The notes under the pieces: generated by a model
Databases searched by the model: none
The model's input: only the letters and a program-made list of their open reading frames with translations
What the model was told of the DNA's origin: nothing
Shown here: piece by piece, positions 11,883-24,506 of the stretch
Layout of the letters: each line of letters begins with the position of its first letter
Position numbering within the stretch: the stretch's first letter is position 1
Assembly: GCA_001949185.1 (NCBI GenBank)
Contig: BDGG01000001.1
Location: forward strand, 1,298,263 to 1,362,262
Reading direction: 5' to 3'
DNA: 64,000 nucleotides
Origin: Ramazzottius varieornatus
Lineage: Eukaryota > Animalia > Tardigrada
Translations under genes and position numbers: made by a program

Positions 11883-13189
11883 CTCTCGGATCAAAGTTCA
11901 ATCCTTTGAGCAGACCCTCACCGGCTGAACAAAGCGAAATGGAAACGAGACTAGCAAGGGAATACCGGGCTGCCTTTTTCCAGACTGAATTTCCAAAGTG
12001 ACAAACAAGAGGTAAAAACGAACGTCTTGGAAGGTACACGAGACTGGGTTCTCCGGTGTATGAAGTGAACGAGGCATGTCGAAATGATAATAGCTTCAGG
12101 CATTTTGTGCACTTGCTGGCTGATGTTGTCGTACTCCGTCGAGCTGTTACTGTGCCTAAGCTGGCACCGGAAAGCAATGTAAAGAAAAACAACTTGTCAT
12201 GGGTAATAATCACCTGCTGACTGTAAACATAACCGGTTTTCATTTTCACGCAGCCTAGGAATATAATACAATGGTGTACTGATAAGGTAAGGTTAAACGT
12301 GTGGTACAGGTAAACAGAGGTTTCATTTTTCATGTGAGCGACGATCTTCTTAGACTTGCGTGATAAGTTGCAAAGTGCGCGGGTTGAGTACAAAAGAAGA
12401 CCGAGTACGTGGCACAAATGAGCTAGGTGGCGCCACGAAAGGCACACGATTAAACAAAATTCGCTCAGTACCCAAAGAAGGCTACGGGAACCATACTTCA
12501 AAATTATCATTACTTTTGTGTCACCGGAGTGCCTGTGGCGACTCTCGGTGTTATGTTAAGTCGTGTCATGTCAGGTAAGCTTGTGGGCATTCCCAGCTTC
12601 CCAGCTGTGGATGCCTTGCAAGGCATCGTGCCAAGGCTTACACAAGTCAGTTCTCTTTTGTCTGTACCAAACGGTCCTGCTCTTGATTGACTCATGCTGA
12701 TTTTTCAGATGTAATATCTTCCCCGTGTTGCATTCTATTTCCGTGTTCCCTTTATGCCCTGAGCTTGCTGGTGGCGTCTCTGAGAGGCTTGTTGAGGATA
12801 GGGTAGAAGTCTGATCAACTTTCGTTACTTGCTTTGGCTTGTTGCCAGGCCTCGAAGTGACAGACCTTCTGGCCTGGATCGGTCGTGAGTCGGGGTGAGA
12901 GATCCTCGTCCAGCGAAACCTAGACTAGTGCGCATGTTTTCTGTTGGCGAATACCTGCGGTCACAGGGCGAGAGCCTCGTTGTCTGTCGGAGCAGAGCCG
13001 GGAACTTGTCGAGGAACACTGAACTTGCAGGAAGAAAGATAGCTTTCTGAAGGTGTTACGTTGACTCCGTTACCGTTTGCTCTACACGTAAGTTTCAGAA
13101 CTTTTTACAGCTCGTAGCCTATTGTTGCAGTAGTCATTAAATCCAGAATGGTTACCTACACTGCAGCACTGGTACTTCCAGATTCAATC

Positions 13190-13381
13190 TACACGTAGAT
13201 AGAAAGTTATGGGACAGCAAAAATTGTGGGACAGGGGGAAACGACAGCAAAATGGAACTTCGAGAAGAGACAAAAAGTGTGCTACTGTGACTTAGATGCA
13301 TACGTACGTGCTTCCGTACCGCCTAGCGAACAGATGTGCTCCATAATTTTTACTGTCTCATAATTCCCCATCGTACGTGTA
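13190..13381. mobile_element. MITE family B, copy 2
   Basis: Runs tacacgtagat..ttatgggacag to ctcataattccccatcgtacgtgta. Internal cttccgtaccgcc is the reverse complement of ggcggtacggaag in copy 1. Confidence 0.75.
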
Positions 13382-13618
13382 CAGTGAAACGAATGGGCGT
13401 CCGCTTTGGTATCCTAAGGTAGTCGAGTGACCAAGCTATATCGAAAAACATTTCGTCGTGATCGGAGGGCGATTTAGTATCACAGCTAAACAATCAGGAA
13501 CCGCTTGAAAGTCTGTGGGTAACCGTCACGTCGTTTGTCTCGTAGCTACCACAGAAACTTTCACACAAAATGTTACCACTATAATTCCATGTCTCTGTCT
13601 TAGGCGTTAAAGCAGTGC

Positions 13619-13962
13619 TGCGAGGTGAACGACATAATTCGGGCATATCAATTTTCGTACCATAATTCGGGCAATGCGAAAGGTTTTAACATTACCTTTA
13701 ACGCTTGATTCATCCCTCATCGTACGGGTGTTGATACAACATTAGGCTTTTTAACATTGGACAGACCCATCTCTATCCCACGCCAAATTCCCGTAATCTA
13801 CAACGCTTTCCTGTTCTCAAACCTATTGAAACCTCGAGGAGAGGGATCAGTCTACCTCAGGAAACAAGAAGCGGTTCATTACGCGCAGCAGGAGCTGAGA
13901 AGAAATATGCCCGAATTACGAATGAAAAACCCCTATGCCCGAATTATGTCGTTTACCTCGTA
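13619..13962. mobile_element. MITE family C
   Basis: TIRs cgaggtgaacgacataattcgggcata and tatgcccgaattatgtcgtttacctcg, with an internal repeat of taattcgggca. Confidence 0.75.
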
Positions 13963-14081
13963 CTGAAAAATATTAAGCGTTAATTCGTCTTCTGGAATAT
14001 CCACAAAACTGCGCAAGCTGCTGTACTTATCGGGCCAAGAAGAAGGACTGCTGCAAAATGCAAGACCTTGGCTGTAACCTG

Positions 14082-15047
14082 ATGTACTTCCTCCATTTTA
14101 AACTTGCATTTATTACAACACGATATGCGCAGGCAGCTATGGACCTCAAATGTTATGATTGCAACGGCACCATAGGACTTGAGTCTTCCTTGAACTGTGA
14201 CACCGTATCTCCCAACAAAACTGCGATTTCTCAGATCTCTTTCTATGGCTGCATGACGACTATCGTTGACGACAACGTCCGTAAGTCGGAAGAAAGAACC
14301 CTGTTCGGCGCTGTCAGTAGCTAGCTGCTTGAAATAAAAGCTGACTGATGTTGAGGCGATATAGCACGATCGTTTTGATGCAGATGGACGGCAACTCATT
14401 CGGGCCGGTTCGCTCTCCGCCAATGCCACTGAGGGATGCGTTGATAAAGTGACCAAACAAAACTTCAACCGCCGAACATGCACTTGTCTCACAAGTCTCT
14501 GCAACATTGGACTTTGGGATCTAGCTCCGCCACCTGCGCCAGTCGTTACGGGGGGTTCTGAAAGTGACTCTGGTGAAACTCCCCAGAAGGAGCTGTTCCT
14601 CTGCTGGAAGTGCGACAATCTCAAAGATGGAGATTTGTGTCTGGATTCCGTTGTTTGCAAACCTGAGTCCTGCCAGACTGTTTACAATAAAACCTTAGGT
14701 TACACAAGCATACTTTTGGTTGACAACACTAACAGTGAGGATTTTGCGCCATGTGGTTTTGTTCTACAGGAAAGATTACGAGAGGATACGCGAACACGTT
14801 GGCAAAAAGCAAAACATGCGTGGTTAAGGTCATTGGCGGACCTCAGAGTGTCGCCTGTAACTGTCCTAATAGATTGTGCAATAACCAAACTGCGCAAGCA
14901 ATGGTCGCTCTAGCTGGAGTGGTACAATCCTCAACCGTACCCTCAACCGCGAGTCCAGCAGAACAGGGAAAGCGCGTACTTAACAGCTCAAGCAGATGGC
15001 GACAGCCACTCTTTGTGATCTCTCCAGCCACCTCTGCTCACCTATAG
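14082..15047 (+). CDS. Secreted/surface protein with two Ly6/uPAR (three-finger, quiver-like) domains; 3 exons
   Basis: Domain 1 runs LKCYDC...CTCLTSLCN and domain 2 runs FLCWKC...CNCPNRLCNN, joined by a Pro/Ser linker. Introns lie near 14281-14383 and 14699-14769. Confidence 0.7.
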
Positions 15048-17336
15048 ACGAAAACAGCTACTTCATGAAGTTCGTTTGGTTGATCCCTCCATTTACGCAG
15101 AGTGACATCTTCATTTCTACGGCGACACTGCCAGGAACACTGATGAGCTGCTGCACCTCGCCTGGAAGGAGGGTTCAAGTGGTTGAAGGTGGGACACAGG
15201 TCCAGGTGGTTGATTGATTACACTACGCAAATAACGAGGCGGGAGCGAATCTATGTTACGTCATCCACCGTACGATCAAAACAGAAGAAAATCGCAGCGC
15301 CAATTGGAGTACAGTATTTCTTCGTAAAAAGATAGGGCACGAGTTGGTTCCCGACCTTCGGCGTAACTGCTAACGCGTGTTCTTCACCAGTCTACGGCGG
15401 CTGCTGAGTCAGTCGGCATTTTGGCATGCTGTTGATTGCAGAAGGCGAGGTACTGTAGCTCTGCAGTGCCCGGGAAACTGGATTCGTTAAGTGGGATCGT
15501 CTCGAGCGCGCTCGTCATTTTGTCGCGACAAAGGTGTTTACGTATACGTGGATGACTTTACTGACCAGTGCGGGTCGTTCAGGGGAAGCAGTATGCCCAG
15601 CAGCGGATTTGTTCAAGATGATAATTACTGAGTCCATTGCCATATAAACGGTCGTCGTTCCAGGCGGGGATCTTGAACGTTTCAAACATCGTCACCGTGG
15701 TGGCCAGCTGCGCGCAAGCTGCCAAGTTCGTCCAGTCACTTTCGAATCTCAAATTTTTTGTGATGAAAGCTCGAGAAAGTATCCAAATACGCAGCAACCT
15801 TCCGATCCACAAGAACGACAACAGATCGCAGGAACGGCGCTGACTCTCTGGAGATTGTTGCGTACCACGCCTGCAAACACTTAGTCGAACAGGAAACTAA
15901 CCTCAGTTAGATCCGACACCAAAATACAGCACCGTGAAAAGGTGCCCCTGCACCGGCGATTCTTTAGCTGCTCGAAGAGGTCGATGTGCCAGAACATCTC
16001 GTCCAGGAGAAGTGCCGGGATGTCCTCGAAGTTCCCTTAAATCAACCCAGATACTCGCACATCGCCGGAAAATTTTGTGAGGTGACTCGTCAGTATTATA
16101 AACCCCACAGAAATAATTTGTTGAACTGGGCCAGTTTCTACCGGTAAAATAGGTGTTTGTCCGCTACTTGCACCAATCAATTCGATCAAAGTTGCGACCA
16201 CGGATCATATACCAGTCGCAAGGTGCAAAGATGATCCATCCAGCTAGCAGAAGTGCGACTGTAGTGGACCCGATGCAGATTTACCACAGATGTTGAAGAA
16301 CGATCGAGTCGGTTATACTGTGAGACCCCATTCTGTTCGTGTGCATCCAAGCCAGCACTTTGGTCCATAAACACGACCTGTGGTGTAATTCTTAAGTCCG
16401 TTTTGCGGGCGTGTTTATGGACCGAAAGTGCTGGATTAGATGCATAAGGGTAGAAATAGGGCTGTACATCTGCTGAAAATTCGGAGCCGATCTGATGGTT
16501 AGAAAAATGTCAAGGCCAGTTCGGCACCTTTCATAATTTTGTATTATGCGTAGACATGGAGTATGGCACGCTGCCAGACTTTATAGGACTTGCTGCCTGA
16601 GTAATCCATGCATCTCACAAGACCGTCAGACAGCGGATTTTCGTATCTCTTTACCAAGAAATTCAATGTTTTCCACAACTGGAAGGGAAAGCCATAAATC
16701 CCCTTAAACCGCGAGCACCACAGTATTGGAATTCCCTTACCACCCTTTCAGTATCGCGTTTCAAGCTCAAGTGGCTCTTATCAGATTTAGCTGACTCTTG
16801 TTCTCTTATCGATATCCATCACTTCAGCTGTTGTCATTCTTGTTTACTGGTTGTTTTCCTGCCGATATGTTTAAGCAACCAACCGCCGTGATTCACGTGG
16901 TGGGCTATCCCATTACACAGAAAGTCAACCCCAAGCCGCACTACGGTCAAAGGTCAGACCAGTTTGGAGTCTCACCCGGGCCATGCTGAGTTCACTGAAA
17001 GTATGCTCGATCTGATTTGAGTCATGATTTTCTGTTTCAGAACGCTCAGTCGTCGTTGTTTTGCTTCTTTGCGTGGTAAGTACTTCTTGACAGTCTTCCG
17101 TCAATTTAATTATGCTCAATTCTCAATAATTCTAATGGTTCTGTTTCTTACGCCTAAGATTGTAGAATAGTCTTGCGATCGCCGGCCATCGTTCTTCTAT
17201 CGTATTATACCGCTTCCTGTACTGCGGCTCTTTGACTCGACAGCTAACTTATCCGTCGCCCAGGAGCTGACAAATACCGGTTTTTCGCCTGAAAGTCTGC
17301 CACGGTTGTGGTACTGATTACCAATCTTCATTGACC

Positions 17337-20300
17337 ATGAAACCACCACGTCTACTATCGTTGACGTTGAAGCCATGGATATTATGTACTGTAGTCGGTA
17401 AGATACTAAATCATCAATTTGAATTCTTTTTAGAAGTCCAATACCATTCTGCACCATTCTCCATCGAACATGTCTGTGGTATTTCCACTTTAGTCACGTT
17501 GTACTTTCAGTTGCTTATTTATTGGTTGAGCCCATCGTTGCCAGACGGAGTAGCGGTGGAAGCGTCGGCGGTGGGCGGATGAGTTCGGGTAGGTCCAGCT
17601 TTGGAGGTGGCTTTGGTGGCGGTAGATCAAGCTTTGGTGGCGGTGGACGTTCATCCTGGGGAGGCGGCGGTGGCGGAGGCTTTGGTAACCGTGTCAGCTT
17701 CGCCTCGCCTGCCCGCTCATCTGGGGGTCTATTCGGTGGCTCTTCAGCAACCCGTTATGGTTCTTCAGGATCCTCGGGATCCTCTGGTCGATACGGTGGT
17801 GGACTGGGCTCGTCTTCCGCTACACGCTATGGCAGTTCGTCCGGTGCGGGATTTGGAAGTAGCAGCCCGTTGAGATCATCCAGTGGGTTTGGTGGTGCAT
17901 CAGCGACGCGGTACGGCTCGAGCAGTGGAGCGGGTGTTGGAGCGACAAGATATGGATCGTCTTCGGGATCAAAGATCGGAACTGGGACGGCGTTAGGTGC
18001 TGGCGCAGCAGGGGGCGCTTTGGGCACATATGGCGCTACTCGGCTCGGTAAGACATACTGCTGTTCTGCCTACAGTACAACTACACAAATGAAAACGCGT
18101 TCGGTAATAAATTCATAACCGACAAATGCCCTAATGTTAACCAAACGCAAGAGACAGTCACAGTTCAAAGCTCCTTATGATATGCTTTGAAGACCTCCAA
18201 AAATGTTTTGATAGAAGTTGGGAGAATATCGAATATCGTCTTGTGCAGCATTAAAGTTTCATAGTTTTTGAATTTTTCCAGGTGGAGGTTCATTCGGCAG
18301 TTCGGGTGCTCGTGCAGGTCTCGTGGGTTCCGGTACCCGATACGGTTCGCAAAGTAGCACTGGTGGGATATTCGGCAGCTCCGGTGCCGCAGGCGCCACG
18401 CGTTACGGCTCGTCCGCTCCGTCAGGTCGCGGATCACCTACCGATTCCATCCGCAATCGCTTCTCCGGCTCAGGTGTCCGTCAACCGGTCGCCGGTAACG
18501 CAAGACCCAACTACGGTTTCGGAAGCAGTAACACACTGGGCAACCGACCAGCTGTCAACACCCCACGCGCATCAGCTTCCTCACCGTCCAAAGTGGTTTA
18601 CTCTCCCACGTACAACACTTACAACTCCTATGGACGAGGCTCATCATTTGGTGGGCTCGGGTCTTCGGGATATGGAGGACTAGGAAGCAGTTACGGTGGA
18701 CGACGAGGCTTCGGTAAGCGAACGTCTTTACTAATTATAATATTAACATATGTTTCAAAGGCAAAATCGACTACAGTATCAAGAAAATGCCGCATGCGTC
18801 GAAATTAGCGTGGCCAGAATGTTCATCGAATATCGCACTCCAATAAATCACTTTCGTGGGGTTATTTCAACAGAATTGACTGTTTGTTTTTGTACTGAGG
18901 TACAGTACTAAATGATGGTGTTTTAGGCACTGGCTCGATGATAGCCACTGGTTTAGCTGCTGGTGTTGGTGGATACTACCTGGGTCGCGCCATGGGCTCT
19001 CTGTACCGGCCATACGGTTTTGGTTACGGTTACCCCGGCATGGGCTACGGTTATGGTGGATATGGCTATGGAGGCATGGGCTACGGCGGAATGGGCTACG
19101 GTGGGGGCATGTGTGACACTTGCTCCATGGGCGGCTACGTGCCTTATCGCGATCGTTACCGCGATTATTACCCAACCGACAACCAACAAGTCATTACCAA
19201 CCCAGCTAACAACAACAACAACAACGTTAATACCCAAGGTGCGGTGGCCAGTGTGAATCAGCCAGCGATAGCGGCAACGGAAGCACCTCAAAAAAGCGTC
19301 GATCTGTGCATGCTGGCTCGATGGAACCGTGAGCTACCATTCGCGGAACTGCCTAACATGGCACTGGACTTCCTGGCCACGAACCTCATTTCGGGTAACA
19401 CGACGAGTGACAAAGCCAAGTTCATGTACGAGTTCCTGACCGTGTCGGTGGAAGCTTATGAGAAGTACAACAGTTCCGCGGATATTTTCACCATACCGGC
19501 GAGTTTTGATATCAACACGTGCAACATCAAAGTCTCCAAGGTACGAAACAATTGGGACGACGGCAAATGTATTCAACCCGACCGAATGACAGGTGGCGCA
19601 TGTACCCATTGTGAATGGCTGAAAGTGTGAGCCACTTGGGAAAATGATACGGATCGAACTATCAATATTTACCCACGTCTCATTACTTCACCGTAAACTT
19701 TTTCACTAAATACACTGACGCATTCTGTTTCTTCGTAGACGCAACTGGTGAACGCCGCCACTGCGGTCCAACAGGAAGAACCCATCATGACGTCACTACG
19801 ACACATGCTATCTCTGTATTCGAACAAAAGCACGGACGCGGATGATCTGACAGGTAAGATTACTCCAACTCTACAGAGCAATTAACCGTGTAATTATAAA
19901 TTCTGGGCTTCCTCTTGTAGATGTGGTGAACGCAGCCAAGGCCTGTCTGCCCCAAGGTCCCAACATTACCAATCCGGAAGTTCTACCCTGCATCGACTTC
20001 TCCCTCAGTCCCGACCAGATGCTCAAGCTTGAGACACCTCATTCCATGTTTGGTAGCGCCGAGATCTGTCGAAGACAGCTATCGCCCGACATGTTCAAGT
20101 GCGTGCCCAAAGTCGTCGGAAATCCCTGCAAGATGGAACACTTGGCCACGCTGAACCTCTTCGCCAGGAACTTTTACTTGTGCAGCGAAGCCATCGGCGA
20201 AAACACTGTCGCTGGTCTGGAAGCACATTCTAGTGGCCCAGCGGCTGGTGGTGTACCTTCGGTGGCGGGACGAAGAGTGGAAAGTACCACATCGAGCGTC

Positions 20301-20440
20301 ATAGCTTATGTTGGAACGGGATGGGTCGGATCAACCACCGCCAAGCCAGGTAAGGACATCTTGATCTTCTTCGGGCATGGCGATCTTTAGGCTCATCAAT
20401 TTTTCACTTTGTAGGTTTCTGGTCGAGAATATTTGGATAA
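17337..20440 (+). CDS. Secreted Gly/Ser/Tyr-rich low-complexity protein with PrP-like hydrophobic segment and Cys-containing C-terminal domain; 7 exons
   Basis: A signal peptide spans exons 1-2 (MKPPRLLSLTLKPWILCTVV|VAYLLVEPIVA), followed by RRSSGG. TRYGS repeats, the segment ATGLAAGVGGYYLGRAMGSLYRP, YGGMG repeats and a Cys-rich domain follow. The last exon reads GFWSRIFG*. Confidence 0.8.
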
Positions 20441-20705
20441 GGAAACCGGACACCTTATTTTTTGTTATAGACAACTTGCTACTGTAATCAGTATTTTAAT
20501 CCCAAGTTTAAATTTCTTCTCTCTCTTTATTGTACCATTTTATTCGAAAATCATTCGAGTGAGTGGTTGTTTGTGGACTCACGCTTTCGGAGACGGACGT
20601 TACCTCATTTCGAGTGGAAACCAATACGGTTTAGAAAATATAAGCAGCGCTCATTGCGCGTGAACGAAGCTGAAATCACGATGGAAAGGGGGTTAGAAAT
20701 CTAGT

Positions 20706-23700
20706 TTAGAATTTGGACCAAGATGGTTGTGCAGTCTTGCGATGAATCTTGGTGGTGGTCGGTACAGCAACGGACTGAAGCTGCTGCAGTACCTGCATGT
20801 CTTGAAGCTGCTTCTGCTGGGTGGCGAAGTAGGCATCGTGGTACAGTGGCGCCCAGGCTGGCACGTAACCGACCGGTGGAGAGTCGAAGAGCGGTACATC
20901 TTCGGAGTGGGCTTGGATGCGGGAGTTACCGTAGGTCAGGAACTTGTCCGACCTGTAACGTAAAGAGCAAAATTATATTCCAAATTCCAGGCTTGAGAAA
21001 CAAGTGTACAAAAGTTTACAGGTTCTCAGCGAAATCAACTAAAGTTACTTACACTGAGCAGTCGACGTTGTACCACCAATCGCAGGTTAGAGTTATTTGC
21101 GAGAAGATGGTCCGGTTGGGGCAAAGGTAATCGGTCATCTGTCCTTTCTCATCGCACCTGTGACAGCAACACGGATAGTTAGAATATTGTATCAAAGTTG
21201 TTAGGCTGGAAAAGCTGGAAGGCGTTCTAAGCTGGGTGATGCGCAGATGGAAACGGAAGTGACCTGTGGTAAGCTTGACAGCCAGTTTCCGTATCAGCGT
21301 AGTATCCTTCGGCCTTGTGCTTGTCGCATGTGAACGACGTCAGCGGAACTTCGGTCAAGGCTGGGTAGGTGACGCCTGGGATGGCTTGTTCGAGAAGAGC
21401 ATTGATGGAGTCGGCGTTGGCTGGTGGCGCCATGAAGTCAAAGACATACTGTTGGCCTTGAAGAGCGACTGGATCGCGGACGGCGGTCGTGGCTACTGGC
21501 CGAACTTGGGACTGGATGACGTTGACGGATTGGGCTGGTCTTGCGTTGACAGTCCATGTCGGTTGTTGGATGTTAGACCAGGAAGCCGCAGGCCTGACGG
21601 GAGTGGAGACGATAGGAGTGGATACTGGAGCGGAAATGACACTGTTGTCTGGAACTTGTTGGATTTCGTCAACCGTCTCTTCGACGACGACCTACAAGAA
21701 AGAAGAATGGATGCATGCAACGAAATATTTGGTAGCTCGGCCAACAAATTCGACCACATCGATTTCGCAAGTGGCGTAAGTTGCTAATGGTATTGGCTGG
21801 AAACATGCGCCACTTGAGAAAGAGATTTGGTGGAATTTGCCGCTGAGCTTTCGTTTTTGGTATGGTTCTCTGCGATGTCTTGTAGAAATCGTGTATTGAG
21901 TGGTTCTTGCAGTTTTCTACGCTTTTTCGAGTGAAGTGAAGGTTGCTGCTTACCCCTCCAACTGCAGTGCTGGCGTCAGGTCTGTCGTGGGTCTCGGTGA
22001 CTTGCTCAGCGACGATGACGGGAGTTTGAGGGATACCATGGCTGATGGGCTTGGTATCTCGAATGGCTCCTTGGTTGATGACGTTGAAGGTGGTGGGTGA
22101 CGAAGGGACGGTCAGGCTGACGGGCTCCAGATGAACATCCTTCTCTCGTTGGAAAGTGGTAGGTCTGTTTGCCCACTTGGTACTAGCAATGGGGATCTGA
22201 TGCGAAGACTCACGGAAATGGTCGCCGTCCACTACGAACATGATGTTGTCTCGTTGACTGGGCTGGACCAAGTTCGTCTGCAAGGACAAAATATCAAATT
22301 AGCAACTCAGGCAATAAACCAGAACTTCAAGAAATAAAATTACCTGTGTTTGGTCCAGGGAAGTTCTGGACTGGAAGTTGGTCAGGGATGGTTGAGCGTT
22401 GACGGTGTCCATGCGGGTCAGGACCGTGGGAACACCGGACAGGATGTTGTTGTTGGACTTGTCGAAGGCCTTGCCGAAGGTCTGGGTGTTGTCTATGCGA
22501 CCAGCGGGAACATCGAAGTTGTTGTTGTTGTTGTTGTTGTTGTTGAAGGAAGAAGCACTGGTGGCGATGTTGGCTGTCAGGACGCGGGGCGTGACCTCCT
22601 TCTTGACGGGCTGAGTCAGGATGAACTGGTCAGTCTGGGTGAAGGAATCTTGGACGGGGAGTGGGGCTGTAGGAATGTTGAAGACACGACCTTGTCCAGC
22701 CTAGGGACGAGAAGAAAAACGTAAACGATTACCAGAGCTTGACTGTTGCAAAGCGCTGAAGTACTGTACATGTACTGTATGCCACAAAAATAACTACCGA
22801 AACTCATCGGTCGAACTAGAGTAAAATCAGTTTGATGGTACGCAGACAAAAATCTTACCGGAGCCTGGTCGATTTTGCTTTCCTGTTGGGGAGTAGACTG
22901 GTAGAAGCCATTGTTGAACTCGAACAATCGACCAGTTTCCATTGGCTTCTGCTGCAGAGTCTGGAAGGACTGGACGAGAGTAGGGTTGAGCTGCAGGTTG
23001 CCTGGGACGAAAGAGCGAGCTTGCTCAGTCTATCAAACAGAAACAAAATACTCAGTAAAGTTTCTTCGATGTGTAGCAGTAACATTATGGAGCAAGAGAT
23101 ATTTTGAACGGGAGCATGCAGAACATACCTGGATGGGCTTGCTTTCTGGCGTGAAAGGAAGCTGGATGTTACTGGAAGAAAACGATCGACCTTGCTCCGC
23201 TGGTTGTTGCTGGATGGTTGGTAAAGACTGGCTGAGGGTACTGGCGATGAACTGCTGGATGGCAGGAACAAACGAGCGTCCTTCTTCCTTCTGCTAAAAA
23301 CACAAGGCGAATTAATTCTCAGAGCTGCTTTTCAACTCCGCAGAGGATTCTTTAATTCGACAGGCTTTAGTAGACAGAGTCATGCAGTAAACTGTTCGCG
23401 AGCTTCGCGCACACCTGAACAGTCTTGGTTTCCTGGATCAATGGAACCTCGATGCTGGCGGACTGGAAGGAACGGCTTTGCTCCATAGGCTGTTGAGTAA
23501 GGTACTGAGCGGAACCGGATGTGAGTTTCTGGTTGATCGGGACGAATTCACGAGCTTGCTCAACCTGTTGAAGACAAAAATTCGGTCAATATTTAATTAT
23601 AAATCATAAACTACTAAAAAATCATGGGAAAAAATAGCTACAAGGACAAGCCATTTTGTACCTGAACGGGCTTGATTTCTTGATAGGTCTGGATGGGAGT

Positions 23701-24379
23701 AGACTGGATCTCGACGTGGCTGATGGCTGGCTGGAAGGACCGACTGGCTACCAGTGGCTGCTGATTCTGGACGTACTGGTTGGTCTGGTAAGTAACACCT
23801 GGCTGACTGACTTGAGGGAGCTCTCGGGCTTCTGTCTGAAAGGTCATGGTGGGCGTCGAGATGGCCTGGGACGAACTGAACGTCTTGGTCTGCACAGGTG
23901 TCAATTGGACGTTGATGGGGTTGAGGGACCGTGGGGAAGCGATGGTTAGGGCCGGAAGATCCTTGCGTTGGAGCGTGACGGTCTGAAGAGGCAAAGCTGG
24001 CGAGGACACAACGAAGGCGTCGAGGTCGCGGGGCAGAGCAGCGGAGACCAGCTGGGACGGTTGACGGTCTTCTTGCAGGTAGTGCTGCTGGGATGCCAGG
24101 GTGTGCTCCCAGTACTTGCGAGGAACTTGGTTGTGCCAGTGACGAGCTTTCCGGTTAACGACAGTGGCGTTCTCCACGGGAACATTGGACAGGGCGACTA
24201 CGGTGACGTTCTTGTTCTCGTCGGCAACCACGAACCCTGCAAACAAATACGCAGCGGTAAAAATCGGTTTTCCAATAAGTAGATCGACGAAAAAACGGGG
24301 TTTGCCGAAGATCTGAATTTTGGAAAAGCAACTTACCTATCGACGCTGCCAATGCAGCCAACAAGGTTAAACGAATCAT
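20706..24379 (-). CDS. Cuticular protein with C-terminal chitin-binding type-2 (CBM14/peritrophin-A) domain and long Q/S/V/P-rich region
   Basis: Signal peptide MIRLTLLAALAASIG. The domain TSFTCDKHKAEGYYADTETGCQAYHRC...YLCPNRTIFSQITLTCDWWYNVDC has the six-Cys ChtBD2 pattern. About 10 coding exons. Confidence 0.88.
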
Positions 24380-24477
24380 GACCTGTGGGAAAATTGAAAA
24401 TGAAGACAAAAAGAGACTGCTGAAGATAGTATCACCGAACACTCACTCGTGCTGCAGATCGAAACTTCGGAACGACC

Positions 24478-24506
24478 AACTGAAATGGAAAGCTTAGGTT
24501 TATATA
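24478..24506 (-). promoter_or_regulatory. TATA box plus Inr of the chitin-binding gene
   Basis: On the minus strand, TATATAAA (24506-24499) is followed by TCAGTT (24483-24478). A 5'UTR intron follows at about 24447-24383. Confidence 0.6.

Noticed and set aside
11698-12510. 270-aa minus-strand ORF
   Set aside because: No recognisable motifs. It overlaps the channel's signal-peptide exon in another frame and is probably 5'UTR or upstream sequence.
15100-16100. Coding-like fragments
   Set aside because: No consistent frame or recognisable domain; possibly a decayed gene or transposon.
17740-18420. RYG repeats as an RYamide neuropeptide precursor
   Set aside because: RYG is followed by Ser or Gly rather than basic cleavage sites, so amidated peptides would not be released.
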